From the NCBI GenBank assembly GCA_963785845.1, contig CAWAWP010000001.1, positions 313,132 through 377,131 of the forward strand: a stretch of DNA of 64,000 bases, written 5' to 3'. The notes under the pieces were generated by a model. That model saw only the letters and a list, made by a program, of their open reading frames with translations, was not told where the DNA came from and did not search any database. Origin of the DNA: an uncultured Chloroflexia bacterium (lineage in GTDB: Bacteria; Chloroflexota; Ktedonobacteria; Ktedonobacterales; JADMIN01). Shown in pieces: positions 45,769 through 55,115 of the stretch (position 1 is its first letter; every line of letters starts with the position of its first letter). The position numbers and the translations under genes were made by a program.

Positions 45769-47535
45769 TCACAGCGGCGCGCCGCAGACGGGGCAGTAGG
45801 TCGCGCCCACGTTGGCGACGTCGTGGCCGTTGGGGCAGCGGCGCGGCGTTCCGCTGCTCGCGGTCGATGGCGGCTGACCACCCAGACCAGCGTCGGCGGG
45901 TTTGGGGCGCGGCGCGAGGACGGTGCGAGCGTCGGGGTCGCCGGGGCGCGGCGGCTGCATCGGTCCCGCCTGGCGGATCGCTGGCGGGGGCGGCTGCACC
46001 TGCGGTTGCCCAAACGCGGGAGGATACTGCACTGTTCGTGGCGTTTGCAGCTGTGGCGCGGGCGAACCGCCTGGCGGATAGGGCGCCTGCGCCGGAGGAT
46101 AGCCGAGTTGCGGATACCCACCGGTTGGCCCTGGTGGCGGGTACGCTCCTGGCAGGGTCGGCGCGGGTTGCATCCCGTAGCCGCCGGCCAGCGCCGAAGC
46201 GGCGACGCCCGACCTGCGGCGGCGGAGCAGCACGATCAGCAGCACGGTCAGCGCGATCACCAGCATGCCACTCGCCACGCCGATCACCACGATCAGCGCG
46301 CTCTGGCCGCCGCTCGACGCCGTGGCGCAGGTAGCGGGCGTTGCCTTGGCGTTGGCGTCGTCGAGATACGGTTGCACACCGCCGAACTGCGGATACGCGG
46401 TGTGCAGCGCGGTGAGATCAGTGGCGGCACGCGAAAAGTGGCAACTCGTGGTGGCATCGTACTCGTTGATCGCCTGCGTCCATTTGCTCATGAACGCGCC
46501 GCTTGGCGAGGCCGGAATGCCAGCCTTCTTGGTGTAGATCGCGGCGGTGTCGCTGGAGTAGAGGATGGTGACGCGGTTGCTACTGGGATCGCTGGTGAAG
46601 CGATCGACGAACCCGACGATCTGCCCGCTGGCGTTGATCACCGCGCCGCCGCTCGATCCGTGAAACGAGATGTCGGTCGTTTCGTAGGCGACCGAGCCAT
46701 CGTCAAGCGTATCTTGCTTGATGATGCTGCCCGTCTCGACGGTGGGGGTGAGCAGACTTGAGAGGCTGTTGGCGTCGGTGGCGGATGGCGTGAGCAGTGC
46801 GGGGAAGTCGGCAGTGTCGGCGTCGCCAGGGTAGGCCACCGCTGTGACGGTATCTTGCACGCTGATGCTGCTCTTGGGGGCGAGCGTCAAGAACGGCATG
46901 TCGTGGACGTTGATCTTGAGGATCGCGGTGTCTTGTCTTTCCTCCGGCGAACTGGCGGCGACGCTCTGCACGTCGAAGCCCTTGAGCTGGCTTCGCGCGG
47001 TCAGCGTCCCGGTGTAGCCGGTGGAGAGGAAGACGCGCCGCGTCTGACTCTGGTAGTCGATATGCACCTGCCCGGCATCGTAGGCGGCGTAGAAGGTGTT
47101 CTCGGCGTCGGCCTGGGCGATGCCGTTGGCGGTGGCGTAGTCGTCGGCGGCCTGGCCGACGAGCGAGAGGTCGGCGTTGACGACGTGATCGGCGGTGAGG
47201 ATGTAGCCATCCGGGCTGACGAAGGCGCCCGAACCGGAGAATGTGTCGATATAGACCTGATCGGCGCTCGGCTCGACTACCGACCCGCCGCCATCACAGG
47301 TCGTGCAGGTGACCTGCGCCTTGACCTGCATGATGATGCGGACGACGGCGGGGCTGGCGAGATGCACGGCATGCTTGGTATCGTCCGTAGCTCGTGCGGC
47401 GGCGCTGGCTATCGGCGAGGTCAGCGCCACCGCGGGAAGGTAGGTCAGCGCGACGATACATAGCGCCAGCAGTCGCGACGCGCCACCACGGTTGCTCGCG
47501 CCAATGATCTCCGCCCTCATCACTCCCGCCTTCAT
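45769..47535 (-). CDS. Secreted trypsin-like serine protease, then a TM helix, a cytoplasmic Pro-rich tail and a C-terminal zinc ribbon
   Basis: Catalytic contexts ILTADHVV (His) and HGSSGGAVINASGQIVGFV (Ser). TM segment ALIVVIGVASGMLVIALTVLLIVLL. Tail rich in P/G/Y/Q. C-terminal ribbon RRCPNGHDVANVGATYCPVCG. Confidence 0.8.
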   Translation of the reverse strand: MKAGVMRAEIIGASNRGGASRLLALCIVALTYLPAVALTSPIASAAARATDDTKHAVHLASPAVVRIIMQVKAQVTCTTCDGGGSVVEPSADQVYIDTFSGSGAFVSPDGYILTADHVVNADLSLVGQAADDYATANGIAQADAENTFYAAYDAGQVHIDYQSQTRRVFLSTGYTGTLTARSQLKGFDVQSVAASSPEERQDTAILKINVHDMPFLTLAPKSSISVQDTVTAVAYPGDADTADFPALLTPSATDANSLSSLLTPTVETGSIIKQDTLDDGSVAYETTDISFHGSSGGAVINASGQIVGFVDRFTSDPSSNRVTILYSSDTAAIYTKKAGIPASPSGAFMSKWTQAINEYDATTSCHFSRAATDLTALHTAYPQFGGVQPYLDDANAKATPATCATASSGGQSALIVVIGVASGMLVIALTVLLIVLLRRRRSGVAASALAGGYGMQPAPTLPGAYPPPGPTGGYPQLGYPPAQAPYPPGGSPAPQLQTPRTVQYPPAFGQPQVQPPPPAIRQAGPMQPPRPGDPDARTVLAPRPKPADAGLGGQPPSTASSGTPRRCPNGHDVANVGATYCPVCGAPL

Positions 47536-47686
47536 ACCCGCTGATAGCTGCGACTACCAGCCTCCGCCACACCGCGCCCTTGGCGTGCGCCACGCTTCGC
47601 CGGTGATGGCTCTCTCCATGGTGGCGCGCGCCACGCGCTCGCCTGGGCGTCACCCACAGCGGATGCCACCGCTCGATTATATCGTG

Positions 47687-48655
47687 TCAGGGAACGAGTA
47701 GCACCTTGCCCTGAGTCTTGCGCGCTTCGAGATAGCGATGCGCCTCCGCGGCCTCGGCGAGCGGGAAGCTCGTGTCGATGCGGATGCGCAGGTCGCCCGA
47801 GGCGATGCCATTGAACACATCTTGCGCGCGCCAGAGCAGCTCCTCGCGCGTCGCCACATAATGCACCAACGTCGGCCGCGTCAGGTAGAGCGAGCCTTTG
47901 GCATTGAGCACCTGGGCATCAAATGGCGGCACTGGTCCGCTAGACTGGCCGAAAAGCACGAGCATGCCGCGCAGCCGCAAGCTGTTGAGACTGCGCTCGA
48001 AGGTGTCTTTGCCCACCGAGTCATAGACGACGTCCACGCCCGCGCCTCCGGTCAAGCGTCTGGCCTCTGCCGAAAAGTCGACCTCCGCGTAGCGAATCAC
48101 CTCCTCGGCGCCCGCCTCGCGCGCCAGCGCCGCCTTCGCCTCGGAGCCGGCAGTGCCGAGCACCCGCGCCCCCAGACGCTTCGCCATCTGCACCAGCAAT
48201 TGCCCAGTGCCGCCGCCAGCGGCGTGGATCAGCGCCGTCTGCCCCGCCTGAAGCGGGAAGGTGCTGTGTGAGAGATAGTGCGCGGTCATCCCCTGAAGCA
48301 ACGACGCGGCAGCCACCTGCGTCTCGACGCCGTCGGGAATCGGAATCAGTAGCGAGGCGTCGCAGAGGGCGAACTGCGCGTAAGCCCCGGCGAAAGCCAC
48401 CGAGGCGACGCGCTGCCCCACCTGCAGTTCCGAGACGCCCTCGCCGAGCGCGTCTATCACACCGGCAGCCTCAGACCCCGGTGTGGACGGCAGCGGCGCC
48501 TTGTACCACCCTTTGCGCGAATAGACTTCGGTAAAGTTGACGCCGATCGCTGCAATCTTGACGCGCGCCTGGCCGGGCCCCGGCTCCGGCAGCGGCATCT
48601 CTTCGAGGCCCAATACGTCAGGCTCGCCCGTCTGGTGGATGCGTATCGCTTGCAT
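47687..48655 (-). CDS. NADPH:quinone oxidoreductase (zinc-independent MDR family)
   Basis: [50 protein letters not shown], and the C-terminal RKTQGKVLL. Confidence 0.85.
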   Translation of the reverse strand: MQAIRIHQTGEPDVLGLEEMPLPEPGPGQARVKIAAIGVNFTEVYSRKGWYKAPLPSTPGSEAAGVIDALGEGVSELQVGQRVASVAFAGAYAQFALCDASLLIPIPDGVETQVAAASLLQGMTAHYLSHSTFPLQAGQTALIHAAGGGTGQLLVQMAKRLGARVLGTAGSEAKAALAREAGAEEVIRYAEVDFSAEARRLTGGAGVDVVYDSVGKDTFERSLNSLRLRGMLVLFGQSSGPVPPFDAQVLNAKGSLYLTRPTLVHYVATREELLWRAQDVFNGIASGDLRIRIDTSFPLAEAAEAHRYLEARKTQGKVLLVP

Positions 48656-48871
48656 CAGTACCTGCCCTTCGTTCGCTGGAGATCGCCTATGCTCGCCAAC
48701 TGGACTGTATCACCGGATACCGTGTGAGCATCAGGCGCCAACACGATCCGGCGACGTAAGCCGCGGCGAGCCGTGAGAGACGCCGGTGAAAATCGCGCGC
48801 CTGCGAGCTACCGAATATTCCGGCGCTCAATTGGGAATCGCAGAACGCGGTGATGCCGCGCACCTCTGCGC

Positions 48872-48900
48872 TTGACTGACAGTGCTTGCCTGTGTACACT
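48872..48900 (+). promoter_or_regulatory. Sigma70-type promoter TTGACT-17-TACACT
   Basis: TTGACT at 48872..48877, a 17-nt spacer, and TACACT at 48895..48900. The next credible plus-strand start codon is 49353. Confidence 0.5.
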
Positions 48901-49352
48901 GTGCGCACTCACCCAGGGAGCTACGGCGCGCCTGGCACGCGGAGCGATCCCGCGTTCAGGCAAGATTGTTGGAACGTCTCGCGTCTAGCTCGGCACGAAG
49001 GACTACCGAGTGGGGTTGCTCTGGCTATGCACTCGGGAGGTCGATTTGCATGTGTATCTTCGCTGTTGCGGTCGTCCGGCGCCGCGCAGCGCGGTAGGCC
49101 GCGCGCCCTGCCCGCGGAGTGATCACGACGCTGACGCGGCAGTCGATCTGGCGGCGCCCCATCGCGGCCTGTGCGAGCCGCGCACCGTGGCGCATGCGCG
49201 CTTCCGCGGTAGGCGTGAGGCGCACCTGCTGTGGTGGCCCGCCGCGCGGTCGCGCTGAAAGATGGTGGCCGAAAGATGGTACTGCAAGCCGTGAAATCGT
49301 GCGTCCGTGTCGCAGGGATGCGCCAATCAGGTGGGGCGGAGGTGATGAACGC

Positions 49353-49826
49353 ATGACGCTGCCGGACACACGGCGCACGGTGCTCGTGGTGGATGATAAC
49401 CGTCAACTCCTGGAGTTCCTGACGGACGCGCTGGAGGAATTGGGCAACTTCCGCGTCGTCACCGCCATCGACGGAGCCGATGGGCTCGAACGCTATTTTG
49501 AGCTGCGCCCGCACTGCATGATCATCGACGTGCGCATGCCGGGAATCGACGGCTATCAGTTGGTACGTGCGCTCCGTGGAGATCCTGACTCCGCCAGCAC
49601 GCCGCTGATTATCCTCTCGGCAATGGCGCAGGACCGCGACCAGTTGATCGGCCTCTTCGCCGGCGCTGACGTCTATTTGCAGAAGCCGGTTCGTCCACTC
49701 GATTTGATCGCGGCAATCGAACGCGCCATCACCCTCAGTGAGCAGGAGCGCGCCGAACGTATGCGCGTGCTCGCCGACGAAGAGCCAGCGGATGCTTTGC
49801 CTGTAACACCACGGGAGGGCGGCTAG
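49353..49826 (+). CDS. Stand-alone response-regulator receiver protein
   Basis: VLVVDDNRQL, MIIDVRMPGIDG, LQKPV. ATG at 49353 after GGAGGTG. Its stop abuts the start of the kinase gene. Confidence 0.85.
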   Translation: MTLPDTRRTVLVVDDNRQLLEFLTDALEELGNFRVVTAIDGADGLERYFELRPHCMIIDVRMPGIDGYQLVRALRGDPDSASTPLIILSAMAQDRDQLIGLFAGADVYLQKPVRPLDLIAAIERAITLSEQERAERMRVLADEEPADALPVTPREGG

Positions 49827-51275
49827 ATGGCGGTTGATGGCGTCGCAATCTCACCGAGCGAGCGTGAGATCTATGGCGAGTTCGATCGCGAGCGCAGCCT
49901 GAGCCTCGCGCGCATCGTCGGTCTCGCCTTCGCCTGCCTGCTCGCGGTGGCGCTGGCCGTCCTCGCGGCGCTCGCGCTCATTGCGCCGACGCTGCGCACC
50001 ACCTCGTACGTGGTGATGGGCTTGACGCTCGCCGGCGGCGTGGCGCTCTTTGTCACGGCGTCACTGCTCACGCGACGCCGACAGATGCTCGTCGCGGCTT
50101 CGGCGGTGGTCGGCGGCACGGTCCTGGTGATCGCCATGTTCCAGGTGACATGGGAGAGCGTACATGGCGTCGATCTCGTAGTCGTCGGCGCCGCCGGCGT
50201 GTACACCATTGGCGTCGGGTTGGCGGGCGTGCTCGGCACACCGCGCTTTCTCTTTATCTTCACCGCATTGCTCACGGGGGTCTCGATGGGCGTGCTGTTG
50301 CTGACTCCACAGTGGCTCGGCGTCGCCACCGACGACACGCGCGTGGTGGCGGTCGCGTTGATCGCCAGCGGCGTCCACTGGCTGGCCGCGCTACTGATCT
50401 ACGGCGCGTCGAGCCTCTACGTGCAAGCGCTGCACCAGTTGAGCGCGATTCGCACCGCCTATGAGCGCGCGCAGCAACTCGACGAGCTTAAGGATCAGTT
50501 CATCACCAACGTGAACCATGAGCTGCGCACGCCGGCGATGGCCGTGCAGGGCTATCTGGACGTCTTGCAGTTGCGCCACGACGCGCTCACGCCGGAGCGG
50601 CGTTCGACCATGATCGCCAGAGCCTCGCGGGCGAGCAACGATCTGGTGGCGCTGATCACCAGCATTCTAGATATCCAGCGGATTGATCAAGGGGCGAGCG
50701 AGTTCGAGCCGCAAGCGGTGGATGTAGCCGAGGCCGTGGCCGCCGCCGCCCGTCTGATCGCGCCGCGGGATGCCACAGCGGTCGAGCGCGAATTGCGCAT
50801 CGATATTCCGGCGGGGACGGCCATTCTGGGCGAGCCAGTGCGAGTGGGTGAGATCCTCACCAACCTGCTGACCAACGCCGTCAAGTACTCTGCCGCCGGC
50901 ACGCCGGTCGAAGTCAGCGCCTCGCCAGTAACAGGCACGGACGAGTCACGACGGCGCGCGCCGGGCAGTGCGGCACGGCGCGGCGCGATGGTCGAGATCG
51001 TCGTGCGTGACCACGGGCTAGGCATCCCACCCGACCAGATTCCACTGCTCTTCGGGCGCTTTGTGCGCCTGCCGCGCGATCTGGCGTCGAGCGTGGTGGG
51101 CAATGGGCTGGGCCTGCATCTCTGCCGCACGCTTGCCGAGGCGATGGGCGGCACGATCTGGGTCGAGAGTAGCGGGATTGCCGGCGAAGGCGCGGCCTTC
51201 CACGTCCGGCTGCCCGCGGCGCCAGCGGTCGCGCAGCCCGCCGCCGAGGTGCTGGCAGAGGCCGCGGCGAGGTAG
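49827..51275 (+). CDS. Membrane-bound sensor histidine kinase
   Basis: About six N-terminal TM segments. H-box FITNVNHELRTPAMAVQGY. ATPase boxes NLLTNAVKYS, DHGLGIP and GNGLGLHLCRTLAEAMGG. Confidence 0.85.
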   Translation: MAVDGVAISPSEREIYGEFDRERSLSLARIVGLAFACLLAVALAVLAALALIAPTLRTTSYVVMGLTLAGGVALFVTASLLTRRRQMLVAASAVVGGTVLVIAMFQVTWESVHGVDLVVVGAAGVYTIGVGLAGVLGTPRFLFIFTALLTGVSMGVLLLTPQWLGVATDDTRVVAVALIASGVHWLAALLIYGASSLYVQALHQLSAIRTAYERAQQLDELKDQFITNVNHELRTPAMAVQGYLDVLQLRHDALTPERRSTMIARASRASNDLVALITSILDIQRIDQGASEFEPQAVDVAEAVAAAARLIAPRDATAVERELRIDIPAGTAILGEPVRVGEILTNLLTNAVKYSAAGTPVEVSASPVTGTDESRRRAPGSAARRGAMVEIVVRDHGLGIPPDQIPLLFGRFVRLPRDLASSVVGNGLGLHLCRTLAEAMGGTIWVESSGIAGEGAAFHVRLPAAPAVAQPAAEVLAEAAAR

Positions 51276-51390
51276 TCGGCAGCGCGGTCAGCGGTCCAGG
51301 CGTCGCTCGCTCTCCGCCCGGCGTGCTGCTCGACAGGTGCCCATCTGCCTGCTAGGATGACCAAAACGTCAGGCCGATGAGGAGAACAGC

Positions 51391-52764
51391 ATGCCGCCCC
51401 AAACCACGGCGACCGAGCAGGCTCCGCGCACGCGGGTCGTGGCACGTCATCGCGGCAGGCCGCATCCGTTGCGTTCGGTAAATCGCTTCTTTCGCGTGCT
51501 TGGTCCGGGGTTGATCACCGGGGCGTCAGACGACGATCCCGGTGGTATCGGCACCTACTCGCAGTCGGGCGCGGCATTCGGGGCCGGACAACTGTGGTTG
51601 GCGCTCTATCTCTTGCCCCTGGTGATCGCCGTACAGGAAATGTGCGGTCGCATCGGGTTGGTGACCGGCAAAGGCATCGCCGGCGTTCTGCGCACGCACT
51701 ACAGTCGCACGTTGCTGTTCGGCGCCGTCGCGCTGCTCTTTGTGGCCAACACCATTAACGTCGGCGCGGACCTTGGCGCAATGGCGGCGTCCGTGCGTTT
51801 GCTAGCGCCCGGCGTGCCGTTCCTGCCGCTGCTGGTCGCCACCGCGCTGGGCATACTGCTCATCGAAGTTTTCGTGCCCTATCGCTTCTATTGCCGCCTC
51901 CTCAAGTTCTTGACGCTTTCGCTGCTCGCCTACGTCGCCACCGGCATCATCATCCAACCAGATTGGGGCGCGCTCCTCCTGCGCACGCTGACGCCCTCGA
52001 TTTCGCTCTCGCCCCAGTTTCTCGCGCTGGCGGTGGCGCTGATCGGCACGACCATCAGCCCGTATCTCTTCTTCTGGCAGGCATCTGAGGAGGTCGAAGA
52101 GGTGCGGCTGCACCGTCGGCATCGTCGCGGCCATGATACCGCCCGTCAAGAGAGTTCGCTACGCAAGCAAATTCACGCGCTGCGCATCGACACCATCTTC
52201 GGTCTCTTCGCCGCCAGCGTTGGATTCTGGTTCATCGTGATGACCACCAGTAGCACGCTGCACGCCCACGGCATCACCAACATCGAGACGGCCAGCCAGG
52301 CGGCCGCTGCATTAGAGCCTTTGGTGCGTGGCTTCCCGCACGCCGGCGTGATCGCCCAGGCGATCTTCGCCATTGGCATCGTCGGCACGGGGCTGCTAGC
52401 CGTTCCGGTGCTCGCCGGATCGGCGGCCTATGGTATCGCCGAGGCGTTTGGCTGGCGCGAAGGGCTAGAGCAGAAGCTGAATCACGCGCGGGGGTTCTAC
52501 GCGGTGATCACGCTCTCGACGCTGGTCGGGCTGGCGCTGAACCTGTTTGGGGTGAACCCGATCGCCGCGCTGGTCTACTCCGCGGTGATCAATGGTATCG
52601 TCGCCGTGCCGCTGCTGGCGTTGATTCTGCTGGTCGCCAACAACCGCGCGATCCTCGGCGAGCATACGAATGGGCGCATCTCGAATACGCTCGGCCTCAT
52701 CACCACCGTGTTCATGGGCGTCGCCGCGCTCATTACCATCGTCTCACTCTTCGTGCCGCTGTAG
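51391..52764 (+). CDS. NRAMP-family divalent metal transporter
   Basis: GPGLITGASDDDPGGIGTYSQSGA and polytopic architecture. The length is typical for the family. Confidence 0.8.
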   Translation: MPPQTTATEQAPRTRVVARHRGRPHPLRSVNRFFRVLGPGLITGASDDDPGGIGTYSQSGAAFGAGQLWLALYLLPLVIAVQEMCGRIGLVTGKGIAGVLRTHYSRTLLFGAVALLFVANTINVGADLGAMAASVRLLAPGVPFLPLLVATALGILLIEVFVPYRFYCRLLKFLTLSLLAYVATGIIIQPDWGALLLRTLTPSISLSPQFLALAVALIGTTISPYLFFWQASEEVEEVRLHRRHRRGHDTARQESSLRKQIHALRIDTIFGLFAASVGFWFIVMTTSSTLHAHGITNIETASQAAAALEPLVRGFPHAGVIAQAIFAIGIVGTGLLAVPVLAGSAAYGIAEAFGWREGLEQKLNHARGFYAVITLSTLVGLALNLFGVNPIAALVYSAVINGIVAVPLLALILLVANNRAILGEHTNGRISNTLGLITTVFMGVAALITIVSLFVPL

Positions 52765-52806
52765 ATCGTGTATCGTGTCGCGCAGTACGGACGCTGCCGC
52801 CCGCGA

Positions 52807-52865
52807 TGCTATACTGAGGCGCTGATCAGTTGGTTCATTTCCGCTTCGGGCAAGTGGAAGCGGAA
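52807..52865 (+). promoter_or_regulatory. Extended -10 promoter (TGCTATACT) plus a 9-bp leader hairpin TTCCGCTTC/GAAGCGGAA
   Basis: TGCTATACT at 52807..52815. Hairpin arms at 52839..52847 and 52857..52865, with a 9-nt loop. It sits between the NRAMP stop and the Mre11-like start. Confidence 0.4.
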
Positions 52866-52974
52866 CGATCTGGCGAGGGCGGAGGGGTGGGATAAACGCC
52901 ACCTCTATCCCTCGGACAGACCAAACTTCACCTCGCCGGTGATTCATCCTCCATCTCCCCAGGAGCAGCACCTG

Positions 52975-54294
52975 ATGCGCGCCACCTTCCTCCACACCGC
53001 CGACAACCACCTCGGCTACGAACAGTACGGACTGAAGGAGCGCTTCAACGACTTCGCCAAAGCGTTTCTCTCCGTCGTCGATGCGGCGATCGAGCGCCGG
53101 GCGGACGCTTTCCTCATCGCTGGCGATCTCTTCAACAAGCGCGCAATCGACGCCATGACGTTGATGCAGGCGCAGGAAGGGCTGCAGCGACTCAAGGAAG
53201 CGGGCATACCAGCGATCGCCATCGAGGGCAATCACGACCGTACCTATTATCGCGACGGCACATCGTGGCTGCAGTTCCTCTGCTGGAACAAGCTGCTCTA
53301 CCTGCTCAGCCCCCTGGTGCGCGAAGGCGTCCCTGCGCTGACCGCGTGGGATCCGGACGCGCTGCGCGGGGCATACGTCGACCTGAAGGGCGGCGCTCTA
53401 CGCATTTACGGGCTGCCCTGGTATGGCACGAGCACGGCGCGTGTCATGGAAGGCTTCGCTCGCGAGCTTGCGGCGGCCCGCGCGGATGGGCGTGAGGATG
53501 GCGTGGAGTATCGCATGCTGCTGATGCACACCGGCGTGGACGGCATCGTGCCGCAACTGCACGGCTTGCCGAGCTACGAGCAGTTTCAGCCGCTACGTGG
53601 CCTGGTGGACTATGTGGCGCTGGGCCACATCCACAAGCAGTATGTCCGTGACAACTGGCTCTACAATCCCGGCTCAACCGAGACCTGGAGCGCGGAAGAG
53701 AGCGCCTGGGATCGCGGCTACTTCGTCGGCGCGATCGATACGGCGGTCGCCGAGGGCGCGGCCAAGCACACGATCGAGCACGTCGGCAACCCGCGGCGAG
53801 CGTTCCTGCGCTTTACGCTGCGGGTAGACGGCGTGCCGACGCCAACCGCGCTCTACGACCGCTTCGAGCTGAAGTGCCGCGAGTGGGCCGCCGAGAGTCG
53901 CAACGCACTGGCAAGCGGCGATGAGCCGGTGATCGACGTCACCCTCAGCGGCATCCTCAGCTTCGACAACGGCGCGTACGATAAGGCACAGCTCGAAGAG
54001 ATCGTCACGCGCTATTTCACGCCGCTGACCGTGCGCATCCACGATGGCACGCGCGACACAGACTACGAGGTGGGCGACGATGGCGAGGGCGGCGAAAGCG
54101 GCGACGACACCTCGCGCCAATATCTCGAGATCCACGTCTTCCAGGAATTGCTCGCCCGCGATGGCCGCTTCCTGCCAAACGCCGCTTCGTGGGCGCAGAT
54201 GCTCGCCACCGTCAAATCCGCCGCGCTCAACGGGGATGATCCCGCGGTGATCGCCCAGTCACTCCGCGATGCGCGCAACACGTTGCTGAATTGA
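52975..54294 (+). CDS. Mre11/SbcD-family metallophosphoesterase nuclease
   Basis: Phosphoesterase motifs FLHTADNHLG, LIAGDLFN, IEGNHD, LMHTGVDG, ALGHIH. Start trimmed to ATG 52975 after AGGAG; the ORF track begins at 52768. No Rad50/SbcC gene is adjacent. Confidence 0.8.
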   Translation: MRATFLHTADNHLGYEQYGLKERFNDFAKAFLSVVDAAIERRADAFLIAGDLFNKRAIDAMTLMQAQEGLQRLKEAGIPAIAIEGNHDRTYYRDGTSWLQFLCWNKLLYLLSPLVREGVPALTAWDPDALRGAYVDLKGGALRIYGLPWYGTSTARVMEGFARELAAARADGREDGVEYRMLLMHTGVDGIVPQLHGLPSYEQFQPLRGLVDYVALGHIHKQYVRDNWLYNPGSTETWSAEESAWDRGYFVGAIDTAVAEGAAKHTIEHVGNPRRAFLRFTLRVDGVPTPTALYDRFELKCREWAAESRNALASGDEPVIDVTLSGILSFDNGAYDKAQLEEIVTRYFTPLTVRIHDGTRDTDYEVGDDGEGGESGDDTSRQYLEIHVFQELLARDGRFLPNAASWAQMLATVKSAALNGDDPAVIAQSLRDARNTLLN

Positions 54295-54353
54295 GCGGCA
54301 AATCCCAAAGTCCGACAAGCCCGCTCTCGGCGCAATTCAGTCTCTGGCCACCG

Positions 54354-55016
54354 TCAGCGCCAGACCGTCCACAGCGCCGTGGTGGCCTCGTTGCGTGAAG
54401 TGCCGTAGAGCGTGCGGACGCCGCGCATCCAGCGGTCGAAATACTGCCCGGCGAACCGCCCCCCGGCAAGCAGCCAGCCGCCAAGCACGCCGACGGCAAC
54501 CACTCCGATCAGCGCGACCATCGGCTTCACCGGCACGCTCGCGCCGTAGACACCGTTGGCGATCACCGGCCCGTTCGGCAGCACGATGCCAATGCCCTGA
54601 TGATACGTAAGTTCGCCGCCGTAATAGCCGGTGAGCGAGACCACCGCGATCAGCCCAAGCGTGACGACAAGATAGCCAATCGCCGCCGCTCCGCCGAGTC
54701 CCTCGGCGGCCATGTAGCGCACCAGCAGCAGCGAGACGGCCAGGGCGACCGTGATCAGCGCGAAGCTCTCGTGGAGCGTCAGCAGATTTGCCACGGTGGC
54801 ATCGCCCTGGGCGTGATCAGGTCCAGTGAGCGCCGCGACTCCCGCGCCCGCCGCGCCCAGCGCCAACACATAAAATCCCGCGCGACTCACGCCGGACGAT
54901 CGCAGGATGAAGCCGATCCAGTCCAGCGCGACACTGGTATAGAGCAGCGCGATGGGAAAGTGTACGACGATTGGATGCAGCACGCCGCGAAGCTGTGAGA
55001 CCAAATTTCCGCCCAT
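54354..55016 (-). CDS. DUF2231-like membrane protein
   Basis: N-terminal HPIVVHFPIALLYTSVALDW and about five TM helices. Confidence 0.6.
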   Translation of the reverse strand: MGGNLVSQLRGVLHPIVVHFPIALLYTSVALDWIGFILRSSGVSRAGFYVLALGAAGAGVAALTGPDHAQGDATVANLLTLHESFALITVALAVSLLLVRYMAAEGLGGAAAIGYLVVTLGLIAVVSLTGYYGGELTYHQGIGIVLPNGPVIANGVYGASVPVKPMVALIGVVAVGVLGGWLLAGGRFAGQYFDRWMRGVRTLYGTSRNEATTALWTVWR

Positions 55017-55115
55017 ACGTCTCGATCACACTCCTCCACTGATCGCGTTCGGCCCGCCAACCTCGACGGCAGCGCAAACCAGCAGGGCAGATCCTAACGG
55101 CCTCGCGTGAGAATC

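Noticed and set aside
48933-48948. TGGCACGCGGAGCGAT resembles a sigma54 -24/-12 promoter (TGGCAC-N5-TTGC).
   Set aside because: The -12 element does not fit: GCGA appears where TTGC is expected, so the conserved GC dinucleotide is out of register. No enhancer-binding-protein gene is nearby.
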